Shown here one piece after another: positions 49,201 through 58,296 of a DNA stretch of 64,000 nt. The notes below the pieces were generated by a model, which had not been told where the DNA came from, did no database searches, and was given only the letters and a program-made list of their open reading frames with translations. The DNA lies in the NCBI GenBank assembly GCA_041662065.1, contig JBAZTE010000004.1:2155-66154 (forward strand). Reading direction: 5' to 3'. The position numbers and the translations under genes are program-made. The stretch's first letter is position 1; every line of letters begins with the position of its first letter. The stretch comes from Bacteroidales bacterium (GTDB lineage Bacteria > Bacteroidota > Bacteroidia > Bacteroidales > UBA12481).

Positions 49201-50223
49201 TCACCAGGTAATAAATCCAAGTTGACGGGTATACTGCCCGTTGCAGAGCGAATCCAATGTTTTCAGGCTCAACCCCAGGTTTTTCATTTTCACCGACCGG
49301 ATCATCGTGAACAACCCGAATCCATTGATGATATTTCCTTCCGGTAACCCATCGAAGTTTCCGGTGTTTATATAGGTTTCACTGTAGTCTTTATAATTCC
49401 GGTCGCCGGCAATGAAAGTCAGGTCGAGCGACCGGAACCTCCGTAATATTGTGTCATTCACTGGTTTGATGTTAACTGCGATCCGGTTGTAAAACTGCTG
49501 AGGATAGAGCAGGGTGGTTGCCGTTTTTTTGCCGTCCTCACCAATTACCATCATAATGCTTTTTTTTAGCGGTGTAGTAAACCCGCGATCGAGCCAAACT
49601 CCACCGGTCAACTCCTGGTAACGGAAAGTCAACAGGAGTTCACAGTATTGAACAAGCTTTAAATCTATCTTGAAAGAAACCATATAAATGGAGCTGTCAG
49701 GCGGGTACAAATCAACCAGGTTGTCATATTTCGAGGGTTTATCCATCTTGGGATAGGGTAATACAGGCAGGGTTGAGACCACCGGTCCGAATCGGCCTTT
49801 TAAATCAACTACCAGACGAAAATTTGTTACGCCTTGATTCCCAGAATTTTCATCCATTCGCCAGCCTTCATTAACGGCCTCAAAACAATATCCTGGAACC
49901 TCCGGAAAAAGTCTGGGTTTTTTCGTTTGTCCGGTAGGCCGGAACCGGATTTCGCCCGTTTTATACGGCCCCGACCAACCCTCCAGCCGGATATCGGCCC
50001 CAGGATAAAATACCAGGTCGGGATTCTGGGCCAGGTCGTAAGCATTGCCTTTACCTGAAAACGAACGGGTCAGGGTCAGATAAAACAGACTGTCGGCGGG
50101 ATCCATCCTGCAATAGACTACCGAAATGGGATCAGCGGGTGTGAACAGATCCAGATCGTTTGAGCAGGAGCAAAATACTGTTAAACAGGATATTAATAAT
50201 ATGATGGGGTGTTTTATCGTCAT
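49201..50223 (-). CDS. Lipoprotein, DUF4249-like
   Basis: Lipobox VFCSC. The N-terminal SVVYCRMDP...FYLTLTRSF and the C-terminal NIINGFGLFTMIRS resemble the DUF4249 pattern also seen in 53919..54785. Confidence 0.45.
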   Translation of the reverse strand: MTIKHPIILLISCLTVFCSCSNDLDLFTPADPISVVYCRMDPADSLFYLTLTRSFSGKGNAYDLAQNPDLVFYPGADIRLEGWSGPYKTGEIRFRPTGQTKKPRLFPEVPGYCFEAVNEGWRMDENSGNQGVTNFRLVVDLKGRFGPVVSTLPVLPYPKMDKPSKYDNLVDLYPPDSSIYMVSFKIDLKLVQYCELLLTFRYQELTGGVWLDRGFTTPLKKSIMMVIGEDGKKTATTLLYPQQFYNRIAVNIKPVNDTILRRFRSLDLTFIAGDRNYKDYSETYINTGNFDGLPEGNIINGFGLFTMIRSVKMKNLGLSLKTLDSLCNGQYTRQLGFITW

Positions 50224-50233
50224 GTCCTGTCAA

Positions 50234-51190
50234 TTAGTTGTCACGGATACATCTTACGGAATAAAAGCGGTCGAGGCCGCCGTTCCCCCAATAGGCATGA
50301 ACAATTTCCGGATGTGAGCTACTGAAACCAAAATGATAAGGCAGGTAATCATCCTCCTCAACTTTTGAGGAGGACGACCAGAATCCACGGTCATGAGCTG
50401 ATTCAAAAGACCAGTAATAGGAACGATCCATGATAAAACCGCCGTTGCTGAGGTCGAGGTTAAGCCGGGATAATCCGTTTTTGCCGTAATACCGGATGGC
50501 ATAGGAATCAGGGTACGGGATGACCAGCGCCTCCCATTCCTTTGCAACAGGAATGTGCCAACCGTCGGGACAGATCCCTTTTGATTCCTTTACCCTATAA
50601 TTCAGGGATTCCAGCCAGCTGTATACCCCGCCAATCGTATCGTGCAAACGGTTGTTATGTTCGCGGTAATATTCAATGGTATCGTTATACGTCTGGTCGC
50701 GGCCGGTTGGAATTTCAAAGCCAAAACGGAGGTTTTCGGCCATCCACCATCGGTCCTTAATTTTGACTATCAGGTATTTATTGCCATCTCGGGTATCGGT
50801 AAGCGTGTCAAGATCCCGGTTTTCGCCAAATACGGTAATGGAATCTGTTGCAATCGAAGTGAGCCCATCGAGGTCCATTACCTCCACTAAAATTTCAAAG
50901 GTTCCCGGGATTGTGTACTGGTGGGTTATTGCATAGTTGTTGGCAAAATCGGTATCCCAGTTGCCGTCGCCATTGAGGTCCCAGCGAAATTTAAGTCCCA
51001 TCGGGTAATCTCGGTCGTCATTGGATTCCCGGGCATTGAACTGGAAAAGGATGGAGGTGTCGCCGACGGAGGGGAAGGCGGTCAGCCTGGCTGACGGAGG
51101 CAGGTTGCCCTGATCGCAGGAAAAAAAAGCAAGAAATATCACCACAAAAAATGCGATGCAACTGACTGAATGTTCGATCAAAAGTTTCAT
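50234..51190 (-). CDS. Lipoprotein with a PKD domain and a Fibrobacter-succinogenes-major-paralogous (Fib_succ_major/FISUMP) domain
   Basis: Lipobox FFSC, PKD FRWDLNGDGNWD, and FISUMP signatures TDTRDGNKYLIVKIKDRWWMAENL and CPDGWHIPVAKEWEAL. Confidence 0.75.
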   Translation of the reverse strand: MKLLIEHSVSCIAFFVVIFLAFFSCDQGNLPPSARLTAFPSVGDTSILFQFNARESNDDRDYPMGLKFRWDLNGDGNWDTDFANNYAITHQYTIPGTFEILVEVMDLDGLTSIATDSITVFGENRDLDTLTDTRDGNKYLIVKIKDRWWMAENLRFGFEIPTGRDQTYNDTIEYYREHNNRLHDTIGGVYSWLESLNYRVKESKGICPDGWHIPVAKEWEALVIPYPDSYAIRYYGKNGLSRLNLDLSNGGFIMDRSYYWSFESAHDRGFWSSSSKVEEDDYLPYHFGFSSSHPEIVHAYWGNGGLDRFYSVRCIRDN

Positions 51191-51277
51191 TCAAACCGGA
51201 TAGGGTACTGCAAAATCAACGGGGGATGATCAAAGGTAGGAAATCTTCCTCGGTAAATGATATTGATGCAGGGAAAT

Positions 51278-51520
51278 CGTGAAGCGTGAAGCGAAAGAAG
51301 AAGATCGGTGGACGAAAGCAAGATCGATAGCAGTGTCATTCCCGCGAAAGCGGGAACCGCCCGATGCTAACGAGGTGCCGACAACGGGAACCGCTTCACT
51401 CTAACGAGGTGCCGACAACAGCTCCAGCAGAAGGTCATGCAAAGCGACACGGTCCCCGCCTTCGCGGGGATGACACTTCTCCGATGTGAGAATGTTACGG
51501 CGGGGATGACACTTCTCCGT
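51278..51520. repeat. Mosaic GC-rich intergenic repeat, copy B (contains a full-length 146-bp MITE-like unit at 51332..51477)
   Basis: gtgaagcg module, then left terminus agtgtcattcccgcgaaagcgggaaccgc, two 34-nt internal units (51352..51385 and 51386..51419), right terminus acggtccccgccttcgcggggatgacact, and an extra solo terminus at about 51500..51518. Confidence 0.85.
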
Positions 51521-51534
51521 GAGAGATTTGGAAG

Positions 51535-53919
51535 TTACTTAAAGGTGTAGGTAGCTGAAATATTCGGCATGATCGGGAAAATGGTGACCTGGTATAATTT
51601 CATCGCTCCATCGGAACCTTTATCCCAGAAAAGAAAGAATGGGTTTTTGCGGTTGTACACGTTGTAAACACCAAAAGAAATCACCCGGTCGGCCCTGAGG
51701 AAGGAGCGTTTGAACTGGATGGCAATATCCAGCCGGTGATAATCCGGCAATCGATACCCATTGCGGGAAGAATAGGCATGGGCGATCTCGTCATCCCGCT
51801 CGCCGGCGTCATATCCAATGGGTATCATGTATTGCCCGTATGCCAGGGTCACCGCTTCACCGGTCCAGTAAACCCAGGTGGCGCATAGATTGATCCTTTG
51901 ATTGATTTCAAAGTTTGCAACGACCGACAGATCATGCGTACGGTCATATCTGAAAGGAAAGGTCCGGCCACCGTTCAAACCGGGGAAAGTCCGTTCATGC
52001 TTCGATAGCGTATAGCCGATCCATCCCGTCAGCATACCCTGCGGTTTTTCTATTAGCAGCTCGATCCCCCTGGAAATGCCTGTTCCGCCAGTCTCCACCG
52101 ATAATTGCCAATCGGTTCCATTCTGAAAGAAAACGGACCCTTCCTTGAATTCAGCCAGATTTTTCATTTTTTTGTAATAGGCCTCCACGGTAATATGAAA
52201 CGGCAGGTTAGCAGGGAGTTGCCAGTCCATACCCAATCCAATCTGATCGGATACGCCCGGTGGGATTTTCGATGTTACCGGTATCCATAGATCGGTCGGG
52301 AGCCCTAACCCCGAACTGGACAGTAAATGAAGATTCTGGGTCATGCGGGAATAGCCGATGTTCAGTTTTAGTTTATCATTCAGTGCGTATGTTGACGATA
52401 GTCTCGGTTCAAGCGCCCAGTATAAGCGGGTGTCGGAATAGATGCATGCGAGCTGTGCACCGGCAGAAATCCGCCATTTTTCTGACAGATCAAAATTGTC
52501 TTCAAAATATGCACGTGATTCCGGTGAGAATTGTTTGCTGCTGTATGTTATTGCAGGCGTGGAGGAACTGTCGATGCTAACGGAATAATTGTAGGGTTTA
52601 AACAGATGGAAGGTGTTTTGAATGCCAAAGTTTAAATGATGGCGGGAATTCAGGTTTTTTTCGAAATTATAGTTGACCAAAACATCCTGAATGTTAGATC
52701 CGAAGCTGAGATCATACGAACTCTTTGCGCCATCCGCAAATCTGGTTGACTGGCTCGACAGACTTTTGTTGTAAACGAATCGAGAATAGGCAACAGTCAG
52801 GCTGCCAAACAGGGAGTTAGCATAGATATGGGTCCATTTTGCTGAGGTGATCAGGTTGCCCCATTTGGTGATAAATGAACCTCTATTTCTGTACAGCCCA
52901 TCATATGAGTTGGTTGCACCCGTAGCAAAGATCTTATCCCTGCCGAAATAAGTGGTGAAAAACAATTTATCCCTCGGACCCAGATTCCGGGAATATTTCC
53001 CGGTAAAGTCATAAAAAGTGTATCCCGCCTGAAATTGCCCGTCAGACTGCATCAGGGAGAAGAGCCGGGTCAGGAGATCGACATTGCACCTTCGAATGGA
53101 GATAAGGTACGACGAAGTGTCAGGTTTTATCGGTCCTTCCTTTTTGTATTCTGTGGAAAACAAACCAAGCTGGAGGGTATACTTGCCCAGCCCCTTGGAG
53201 GCTTGGGATTTCGAGCCTTCCTTGATCCGGATATCCACGATCCCCGATAATCTGCCGCCATACCGGGCTGGAAATCCTCCTTTAAATATCTGTACCGAGT
53301 TAATGGCACCGGCATCGAGAACCGATATGAATCCGCCAATATGGTTCACGTAATAAACCGGAATGTCGTCGAGCAATATCAGGTTCTGATCTGAACTGCC
53401 TCCACGGATATAAATCTGACTGCTGCCTTCTTTTCCGGATTGTATTCCCGGCAACAACTGGCTGGATCGCATGATATCCCTGATTCCGGTGAGGGTGGGG
53501 AGTTTTGCAATAGTGGCTGCATTGAGCGAAATCATGCCAAAAGACCTGCCAATCAACGGATTCTGTTTATTTAATCCGATGATGGTCACCTCTTTTATTT
53601 CTTTATTCAGATTTAGCTTTACAACCAGGAGGGTGTCACCGGAGCCGTTAAAGTATATGGATTGCGTATGGTATCCAACATAGGAAACAGACAGTTGCTC
53701 CGTTTTACCGCGTGGCATCAGAATAGAAAAGAATCCAAATTGATTGGACGTGGTTCCACGATTGGTTTTTATACCAAAAATATTGGCCCCGATCAGTTTT
53801 TCGCCCGTAATGGAATCCTGAACATAACCGTTGATCGTCAGGTTCTGTCCATAAATTCTGCTAAAAAATAATTGGCTGGCCAATAATGGGATGAAAATCA
53901 ATAAAATATTGCTTTTCAT
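51535..53919 (-). CDS. TonB-dependent receptor (CarboxypepD_reg-like N-domain, plug and barrel)
   Basis: 794 aa. INGYVQDSITGEKLIGANI, a plug region (RGGSSDQNLILLDDIPVY), and a long beta-barrel. It is coupled to the upstream DUF4249 gene by a TAATG overlap. Confidence 0.85.
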   Translation of the reverse strand: MKSNILLIFIPLLASQLFFSRIYGQNLTINGYVQDSITGEKLIGANIFGIKTNRGTTSNQFGFFSILMPRGKTEQLSVSYVGYHTQSIYFNGSGDTLLVVKLNLNKEIKEVTIIGLNKQNPLIGRSFGMISLNAATIAKLPTLTGIRDIMRSSQLLPGIQSGKEGSSQIYIRGGSSDQNLILLDDIPVYYVNHIGGFISVLDAGAINSVQIFKGGFPARYGGRLSGIVDIRIKEGSKSQASKGLGKYTLQLGLFSTEYKKEGPIKPDTSSYLISIRRCNVDLLTRLFSLMQSDGQFQAGYTFYDFTGKYSRNLGPRDKLFFTTYFGRDKIFATGATNSYDGLYRNRGSFITKWGNLITSAKWTHIYANSLFGSLTVAYSRFVYNKSLSSQSTRFADGAKSSYDLSFGSNIQDVLVNYNFEKNLNSRHHLNFGIQNTFHLFKPYNYSVSIDSSSTPAITYSSKQFSPESRAYFEDNFDLSEKWRISAGAQLACIYSDTRLYWALEPRLSSTYALNDKLKLNIGYSRMTQNLHLLSSSGLGLPTDLWIPVTSKIPPGVSDQIGLGMDWQLPANLPFHITVEAYYKKMKNLAEFKEGSVFFQNGTDWQLSVETGGTGISRGIELLIEKPQGMLTGWIGYTLSKHERTFPGLNGGRTFPFRYDRTHDLSVVANFEINQRINLCATWVYWTGEAVTLAYGQYMIPIGYDAGERDDEIAHAYSSRNGYRLPDYHRLDIAIQFKRSFLRADRVISFGVYNVYNRKNPFFLFWDKGSDGAMKLYQVTIFPIMPNISATYTFK

Positions 53920-54785
53920 TATCTTCTCTTTTTTAATTGGCGGATATCCTGATTAAACCCGGCGAAAATCCCAAGGTTATTGTTGAAATTGGAGGATAAT
54001 GGGACCGGATCTCCCTGGAAGAGAAGAGGGAAAATGTTATAATCTTCACGTATTTTATCCACATTCATAGAAGTATTCTGAAGCCAGATATGCCTGTGCC
54101 AAGACTTTTTAAAGTGATAATACTCCTCGCTGACATTTCTTAACAGTACCGTGGTATTTGAATGCCCACTAAACCTTAACGTCATATTATAGGTTTTTCC
54201 TTCAAAAAGCTTATCCGAAAAAACAAAAGTCGATGGATAATAATCAAGGTCACCTTCCTGTTGCAATACCGGATCATCGATCGGGGCGTATTGATAAAAC
54301 GACCATACATCCAGCTGCAATTCATAAAAATTAGGTCCGACCGGATCGCTCCAGGTAATAACAGCCTCGGTAAGGTTTTCATAATCAGCTGTGGTAACAG
54401 CGCTTCTAAAGCTCTCAGCCTTGGTTATCAGAACTTTAGTAGGGATAGATGTTTTTGCGGTTACTGTTTCCTTATCAGTCGTGACTGTCAATTCATACGT
54501 TGATCCCTCTTTCGGATAGGTGGAGGAATATATTTCAGGTCCCTGACCTTTTGGATAATCGATTAAAACACCATTTTCTTTTATCGAGATTTCCAGGATT
54601 TTTGGGTTTACTTCTGTGCTATCCGAGAAAAGCCTGACATAGGAAACATTCATGGAAATCAGTTTATCCGGATAGATTAAACTGCCTACTACCAGCCGGT
54701 TGCTTTTATCCGGCATGTGGATGGGGATTTCCTGGATGCAGGAGGAAAGCAGAGCTAAACTCAGGAGAATTAAAAAGGCTCGCAT
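53919..54785 (-). CDS. DUF4249-family lipoprotein
   Basis: Lipobox LLSSC, RLVVGSLIYPDKLISMNVSY and a C-terminal NNLGIFAGFN. It shows the canonical pairing with a TonB-dependent receptor. Confidence 0.6.
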   Translation of the reverse strand: MRAFLILLSLALLSSCIQEIPIHMPDKSNRLVVGSLIYPDKLISMNVSYVRLFSDSTEVNPKILEISIKENGVLIDYPKGQGPEIYSSTYPKEGSTYELTVTTDKETVTAKTSIPTKVLITKAESFRSAVTTADYENLTEAVITWSDPVGPNFYELQLDVWSFYQYAPIDDPVLQQEGDLDYYPSTFVFSDKLFEGKTYNMTLRFSGHSNTTVLLRNVSEEYYHFKKSWHRHIWLQNTSMNVDKIREDYNIFPLLFQGDPVPLSSNFNNNLGIFAGFNQDIRQLKKRR

Positions 54786-54846
54786 GGTTGTCCGGGTTAG
54801 GGAAGAAAGGTTGTTATGGGAATAACGGTGTCGGTAGCCGGATATT

Positions 54847-55008
54847 GTGAAGCGTAAAGCGTGAAGCGAAGAAGAAGAGCGGGGGACAGAAGTAAGATCG
54901 ATAGAAGTGTCATTCCCGCGAAAGCGGGAACCGCTTCACGCTAACGAGGTGCTTCCCGCGAAAGCGGGAACCGCTTCACGCTAACGAGGTGCCGACAGCG
55001 GGAACCGT
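54847..55008. repeat. Mosaic GC-rich intergenic repeat, copy C (left terminus only, with a perfect 40-bp tandem duplication)
   Basis: gtgaagcg module, then agtgtcattcccgcgaaagcggg. The unit ttcccgcgaaagcgggaaccgcttcacgctaacgaggtgc occurs at 54913..54952 and again, identical, at 54953..54992. Confidence 0.85.
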
Positions 55009-55057
55009 GAAAAATCATTATCTTAGTAATCCTTTCGACCTTCTAAACCAGTCAACT

Positions 55058-58000
55058 ATGAAAGCACCATTTTCAATCCGACCAATCCTAACAATCTTAA
55101 CTCTCTCTCTCGTTCTTACCCTTTCTTCACCTTCCGTTTTTTCGCAGGTGAAAACCTGGGAGGGCACCATCACTATCCCTACCTACGGGTGGGAAAATGA
55201 TGTGAATCCGAAATTTTGGGGAATGGAAGGGGGAGCCAAGGGTTCTACAACCGTCAGGGCCTCAATTGTTTATCCTTACTGGATGCAGGATCATCTTTCG
55301 CGGAAACTAGAAGATGTGACTTACAAGGCAGTCTATCTGGAGAATGAATACCTGAAAATCACCTGTCTGCCTGAGCTGGGCGGCAGGCTTCATTCCGTTT
55401 ACGATAAAACCACCAACCGTGAGGTTTTTCATAAGAACAGCGTGATCAAACCGAGCATGATCGGGATGCGGGGCGCATTCATCAGCGGTGGGGTGGAGTG
55501 GAATGCCGGACCGCAGGTGCATACCGTCACCATCTTATCGCCTGTGGATGTAACCTCCGGAACCAATCCCGACGGGTCGGCCTATCTGGAGGTGAACAAC
55601 CTGGAGAAGAGTTTACGCACCCAATGGACGGTGCGGGTTACCCTGCATCCGGGAAAAGCCTATCTGGATGAGGAAATGCGCATTTACAACCCCACCGATG
55701 CCATGAACCCATATTATTTCTGGAATTGCACCGCTTTTCCGCAGTTGCCCGGAACTAGGTTTATCTATCCGATGAGTCTGGGTACAGACCATTTTGGGGT
55801 GGAATTCTTCAAATGGCCGGTGAATAAGGGCATTGACCTTTCGTGGACCAAAAACTACGCGGATGCGGCGTCGATTTTTGCCGTGAATTGTGCCTATGAT
55901 TTCTTCGGCGCCTACGATGTTGACCTTGACCGGGGCGTTATTCAGGTGGCCAACCACTTTGAGCACAGCGGTAAAAAAGCCTGGACCTGGGGACAAGGCG
56001 ACTATGGCAGGATCTGCCAGAAAAACCTGACGGATACCGACGGGAATTATATCGAGGTGCAGAGTGGTCCCATGCAAACACAGTCGGATTACGGGATACT
56101 CCCTCCGAAAAGCCAGGTATCGTGGAAGGAATACTGGTACCCGGTTCATGGTCTTGGAGAAGGCTTTGAATTTGCCAACCAGCAGGTGGCTTTTCAAACC
56201 GAACGGAAAAACGGCCAGTTTGGAATCAGGATCATTTCAACGGAAAAATTTGCTGGAGCTATTTTTGCTATCTATCAGGATAATAAGGAGTTGTTTACCT
56301 CTACGGTTAACCTTTCACCGGAGAAGGCAGTAACGATTCCATCTATTGAATCTGCCGGTTCTGTAGTGAGGATCGTATTAAAGTCGGCCGAAGGCAAGGA
56401 ACTGGCCGCTTTTACCAGTCCGCTGCCCATGACTCAGGTCATTCCGCCGAAACAGCCAACCTATGTGAATAAAACTGATAGTCAGCTTACCCTGGAGGAA
56501 ACTTACCTGAAAGCCCAGAAGTTTGACCGCGCCCTCGACCGGAATATGGCCCGGAAGTATTACCAGATGGTGCTTGACAGGGATTCCCTTCATCTGTCAT
56601 CGCTACGGGACTTGGCCATACTGGATTTTGAAGCGGCACAATATGATGAAGCCGCGAAAATGCTGGAAACGGCCCTCCGGCAAATCCCCAATGATGATGG
56701 AATTGCCTGGTATTTTCTTGGTTTATGCAACCTTAAGCAACAAAACATCGATGCCGCCATTAAATGCGGATATAAAGCAACACGATGTCTTGGTACGGAA
56801 TCCATCGGGTTTGACCTGGTCGGGCAGGGACTGATGCTTCAGGAGAATTTTGCCGAGGCACTTGGAGCCTTTGGGAAAGCAACGGTGGCTGACGGGAACA
56901 GCACCGGGGCTCTCCATCATTATTTGATCGCACTCTTTTTAAACCAGGAAAAGCAAAAAGCATTGGAATTGGTCCGGAAGCGTGTGGGGCGTAATCCCAC
57001 CGACCTGACCAGCAGGGCCCTGGAAGCCATTATCCTGAATAAGCCCTCGGATTTTGTTATAGCCAGCCGTGAAATTCTTGGGGAATATGATTTTGAGATG
57101 CTGGAAACAAGCACCGTGTTTTCCGAACTGGGATTATTTTTTGATGCCGCCTGGATCCTCGAAAATGCCTGCATCACCGGAGTGGACGATAAAAAGCAGA
57201 ATTTTCTGATCCAGTATCATCTGGCCTGGCTGAATATCAAATCCGGAAATCAGGAAAAAGCCTCTATTTACCTCGCCAAGGCGGCAGGAAATTACCAGGA
57301 CCTTATCATGGCATCAAGACCCGAGACCTTGCAGGTACTGGAATATGCAGTCAGGGAGAATCCCAATGATGCACTGGCCTGTTATCAGCTAGGTAATCTC
57401 TTGGGAAATTTTGGCCGTCTGGATGAAGCTGCCATTCAATGGCAAAAGGCGGTGGGTTTAAATCCGTCGATGAGCATTCCCTGGCGAAATCTGGGCTTGT
57501 ATCACTGGGTCATCCGTAACGATCATGACCAGTCAGTGACATGCTTCCGGAATGCCATCCAGTCAAGGCCATATGACCAGACTCTTTACCGCGATCTGGC
57601 AAGGGTCCTGATCGATGATCACAGAAGGCCTGAAGCAATTACCGTATTGGAGAAAATGACTTTTAAAGGGATGAAACGGTCGGATATCATTCAGGACCTA
57701 GCCCAGAATTATCTGGATGAAAAAAGATATGACGAGGCTATTAAGCTTCTTATATCCACTCCCTATTTTGTGAATTGGGAGGGATCGACCCTAACCTGGG
57801 ACCTGTTCAACCAGTCGCATATCGGTAAGGGAACCGTACTCTTTAATCAGAAAAAATTCAAAGAGGCACTCGCTGAGTTCGAGGCTGCTCTTACCTTCCC
57901 TGAAAATCTCGGCGTGGGCCACTCCGTCAGGACAGAGGAAGCGGCAGGCTGGTTCTGGAAAGGAAAGACTTTGCAGGCCATGGGCAAATTAAAAGAGGCC

Positions 58001-58087
58001 AAGGTTGCATGGCAACGTGGCAGCACTATGCCGGACGGTTCGGTAAAACAAAACGAACACAAGGAACTCTGCAGGCTGATGCAATAA
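55058..58087 (+). CDS. Secreted DUF5107-like N-domain protein with C-terminal TPR repeats
   Basis: The signal peptide is MKAPFSIRPILTILTLSLVLTLSSPSVFSQ, from the ATG at 55058. The tracked GTG at 54989 lies inside repeat copy C. The C-terminal ~500 aa show TPR-like A/L/Y periodicity. Confidence 0.6.
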   Translation: MKAPFSIRPILTILTLSLVLTLSSPSVFSQVKTWEGTITIPTYGWENDVNPKFWGMEGGAKGSTTVRASIVYPYWMQDHLSRKLEDVTYKAVYLENEYLKITCLPELGGRLHSVYDKTTNREVFHKNSVIKPSMIGMRGAFISGGVEWNAGPQVHTVTILSPVDVTSGTNPDGSAYLEVNNLEKSLRTQWTVRVTLHPGKAYLDEEMRIYNPTDAMNPYYFWNCTAFPQLPGTRFIYPMSLGTDHFGVEFFKWPVNKGIDLSWTKNYADAASIFAVNCAYDFFGAYDVDLDRGVIQVANHFEHSGKKAWTWGQGDYGRICQKNLTDTDGNYIEVQSGPMQTQSDYGILPPKSQVSWKEYWYPVHGLGEGFEFANQQVAFQTERKNGQFGIRIISTEKFAGAIFAIYQDNKELFTSTVNLSPEKAVTIPSIESAGSVVRIVLKSAEGKELAAFTSPLPMTQVIPPKQPTYVNKTDSQLTLEETYLKAQKFDRALDRNMARKYYQMVLDRDSLHLSSLRDLAILDFEAAQYDEAAKMLETALRQIPNDDGIAWYFLGLCNLKQQNIDAAIKCGYKATRCLGTESIGFDLVGQGLMLQENFAEALGAFGKATVADGNSTGALHHYLIALFLNQEKQKALELVRKRVGRNPTDLTSRALEAIILNKPSDFVIASREILGEYDFEMLETSTVFSELGLFFDAAWILENACITGVDDKKQNFLIQYHLAWLNIKSGNQEKASIYLAKAAGNYQDLIMASRPETLQVLEYAVRENPNDALACYQLGNLLGNFGRLDEAAIQWQKAVGLNPSMSIPWRNLGLYHWVIRNDHDQSVTCFRNAIQSRPYDQTLYRDLARVLIDDHRRPEAITVLEKMTFKGMKRSDIIQDLAQNYLDEKRYDEAIKLLISTPYFVNWEGSTLTWDLFNQSHIGKGTVLFNQKKFKEALAEFEAALTFPENLGVGHSVRTEEAAGWFWKGKTLQAMGKLKEAKVAWQRGSTMPDGSVKQNEHKELCRLMQ

Positions 58088-58094
58088 TCCGTAG

Positions 58095-58120
58095 GGGAGG
58101 AGCCGTGGCTCCTCCCTTTT
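58095..58120 (+). terminator. Intrinsic terminator after the DUF5107/TPR gene
   Basis: GC-rich stem gggaggagc / gctcctccc around a cgtg loop, followed by tttt. A partial duplicate follows, ending in a T6 run. Confidence 0.6.
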
Positions 58121-58160
58121 GGCCGTGGCTCCTCTTTTTTCAAAAGGTAACAACGGCAGC

Positions 58161-58271
58161 AGTGTCATCCTCGCGAAAGCGGGGACCGCTTCCCGTAAAC
58201 GAGGTGCCTGTGACAACTCCAGCAGGGCGTCATGGTAAGCGACACGGTCCCCGCTTTCGCGGGGATGACAC
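58161..58271. repeat. Mosaic GC-rich intergenic repeat, copy D (full-length 111-bp MITE-like unit)
   Basis: Left terminus agtgtcatcctcgcgaaagcggggaccgc and right terminus acggtccccgctttcgcggggatgacac. The internal sequence (aacgaggtgcc...gacaac.ctccagcag...tcatg..aagcgacac) is shared with copy B. Confidence 0.85.
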
Positions 58272-58296
58272 CTCTCCGTATGTAAAGCATTGAAGA

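Noticed and set aside
54913-54992. Identical 40-bp direct repeats, together with the 20-bp and 24-bp repeats at 48331..48425, looked superficially CRISPR-like.
   Set aside because: The units abut directly or are separated by only 12 nt, so there are no spacers of CRISPR size. There are only two units per site, no cas genes are in the window, and the sequences belong to the dispersed mosaic repeat family.
54989-55057. The tracked GTG start at 54989 for the DUF5107/TPR gene.
   Set aside because: The first 23 codons lie inside repeat copy C and encode no signal peptide. The ATG at 55058 gives a canonical signal peptide, so I moved the start there.
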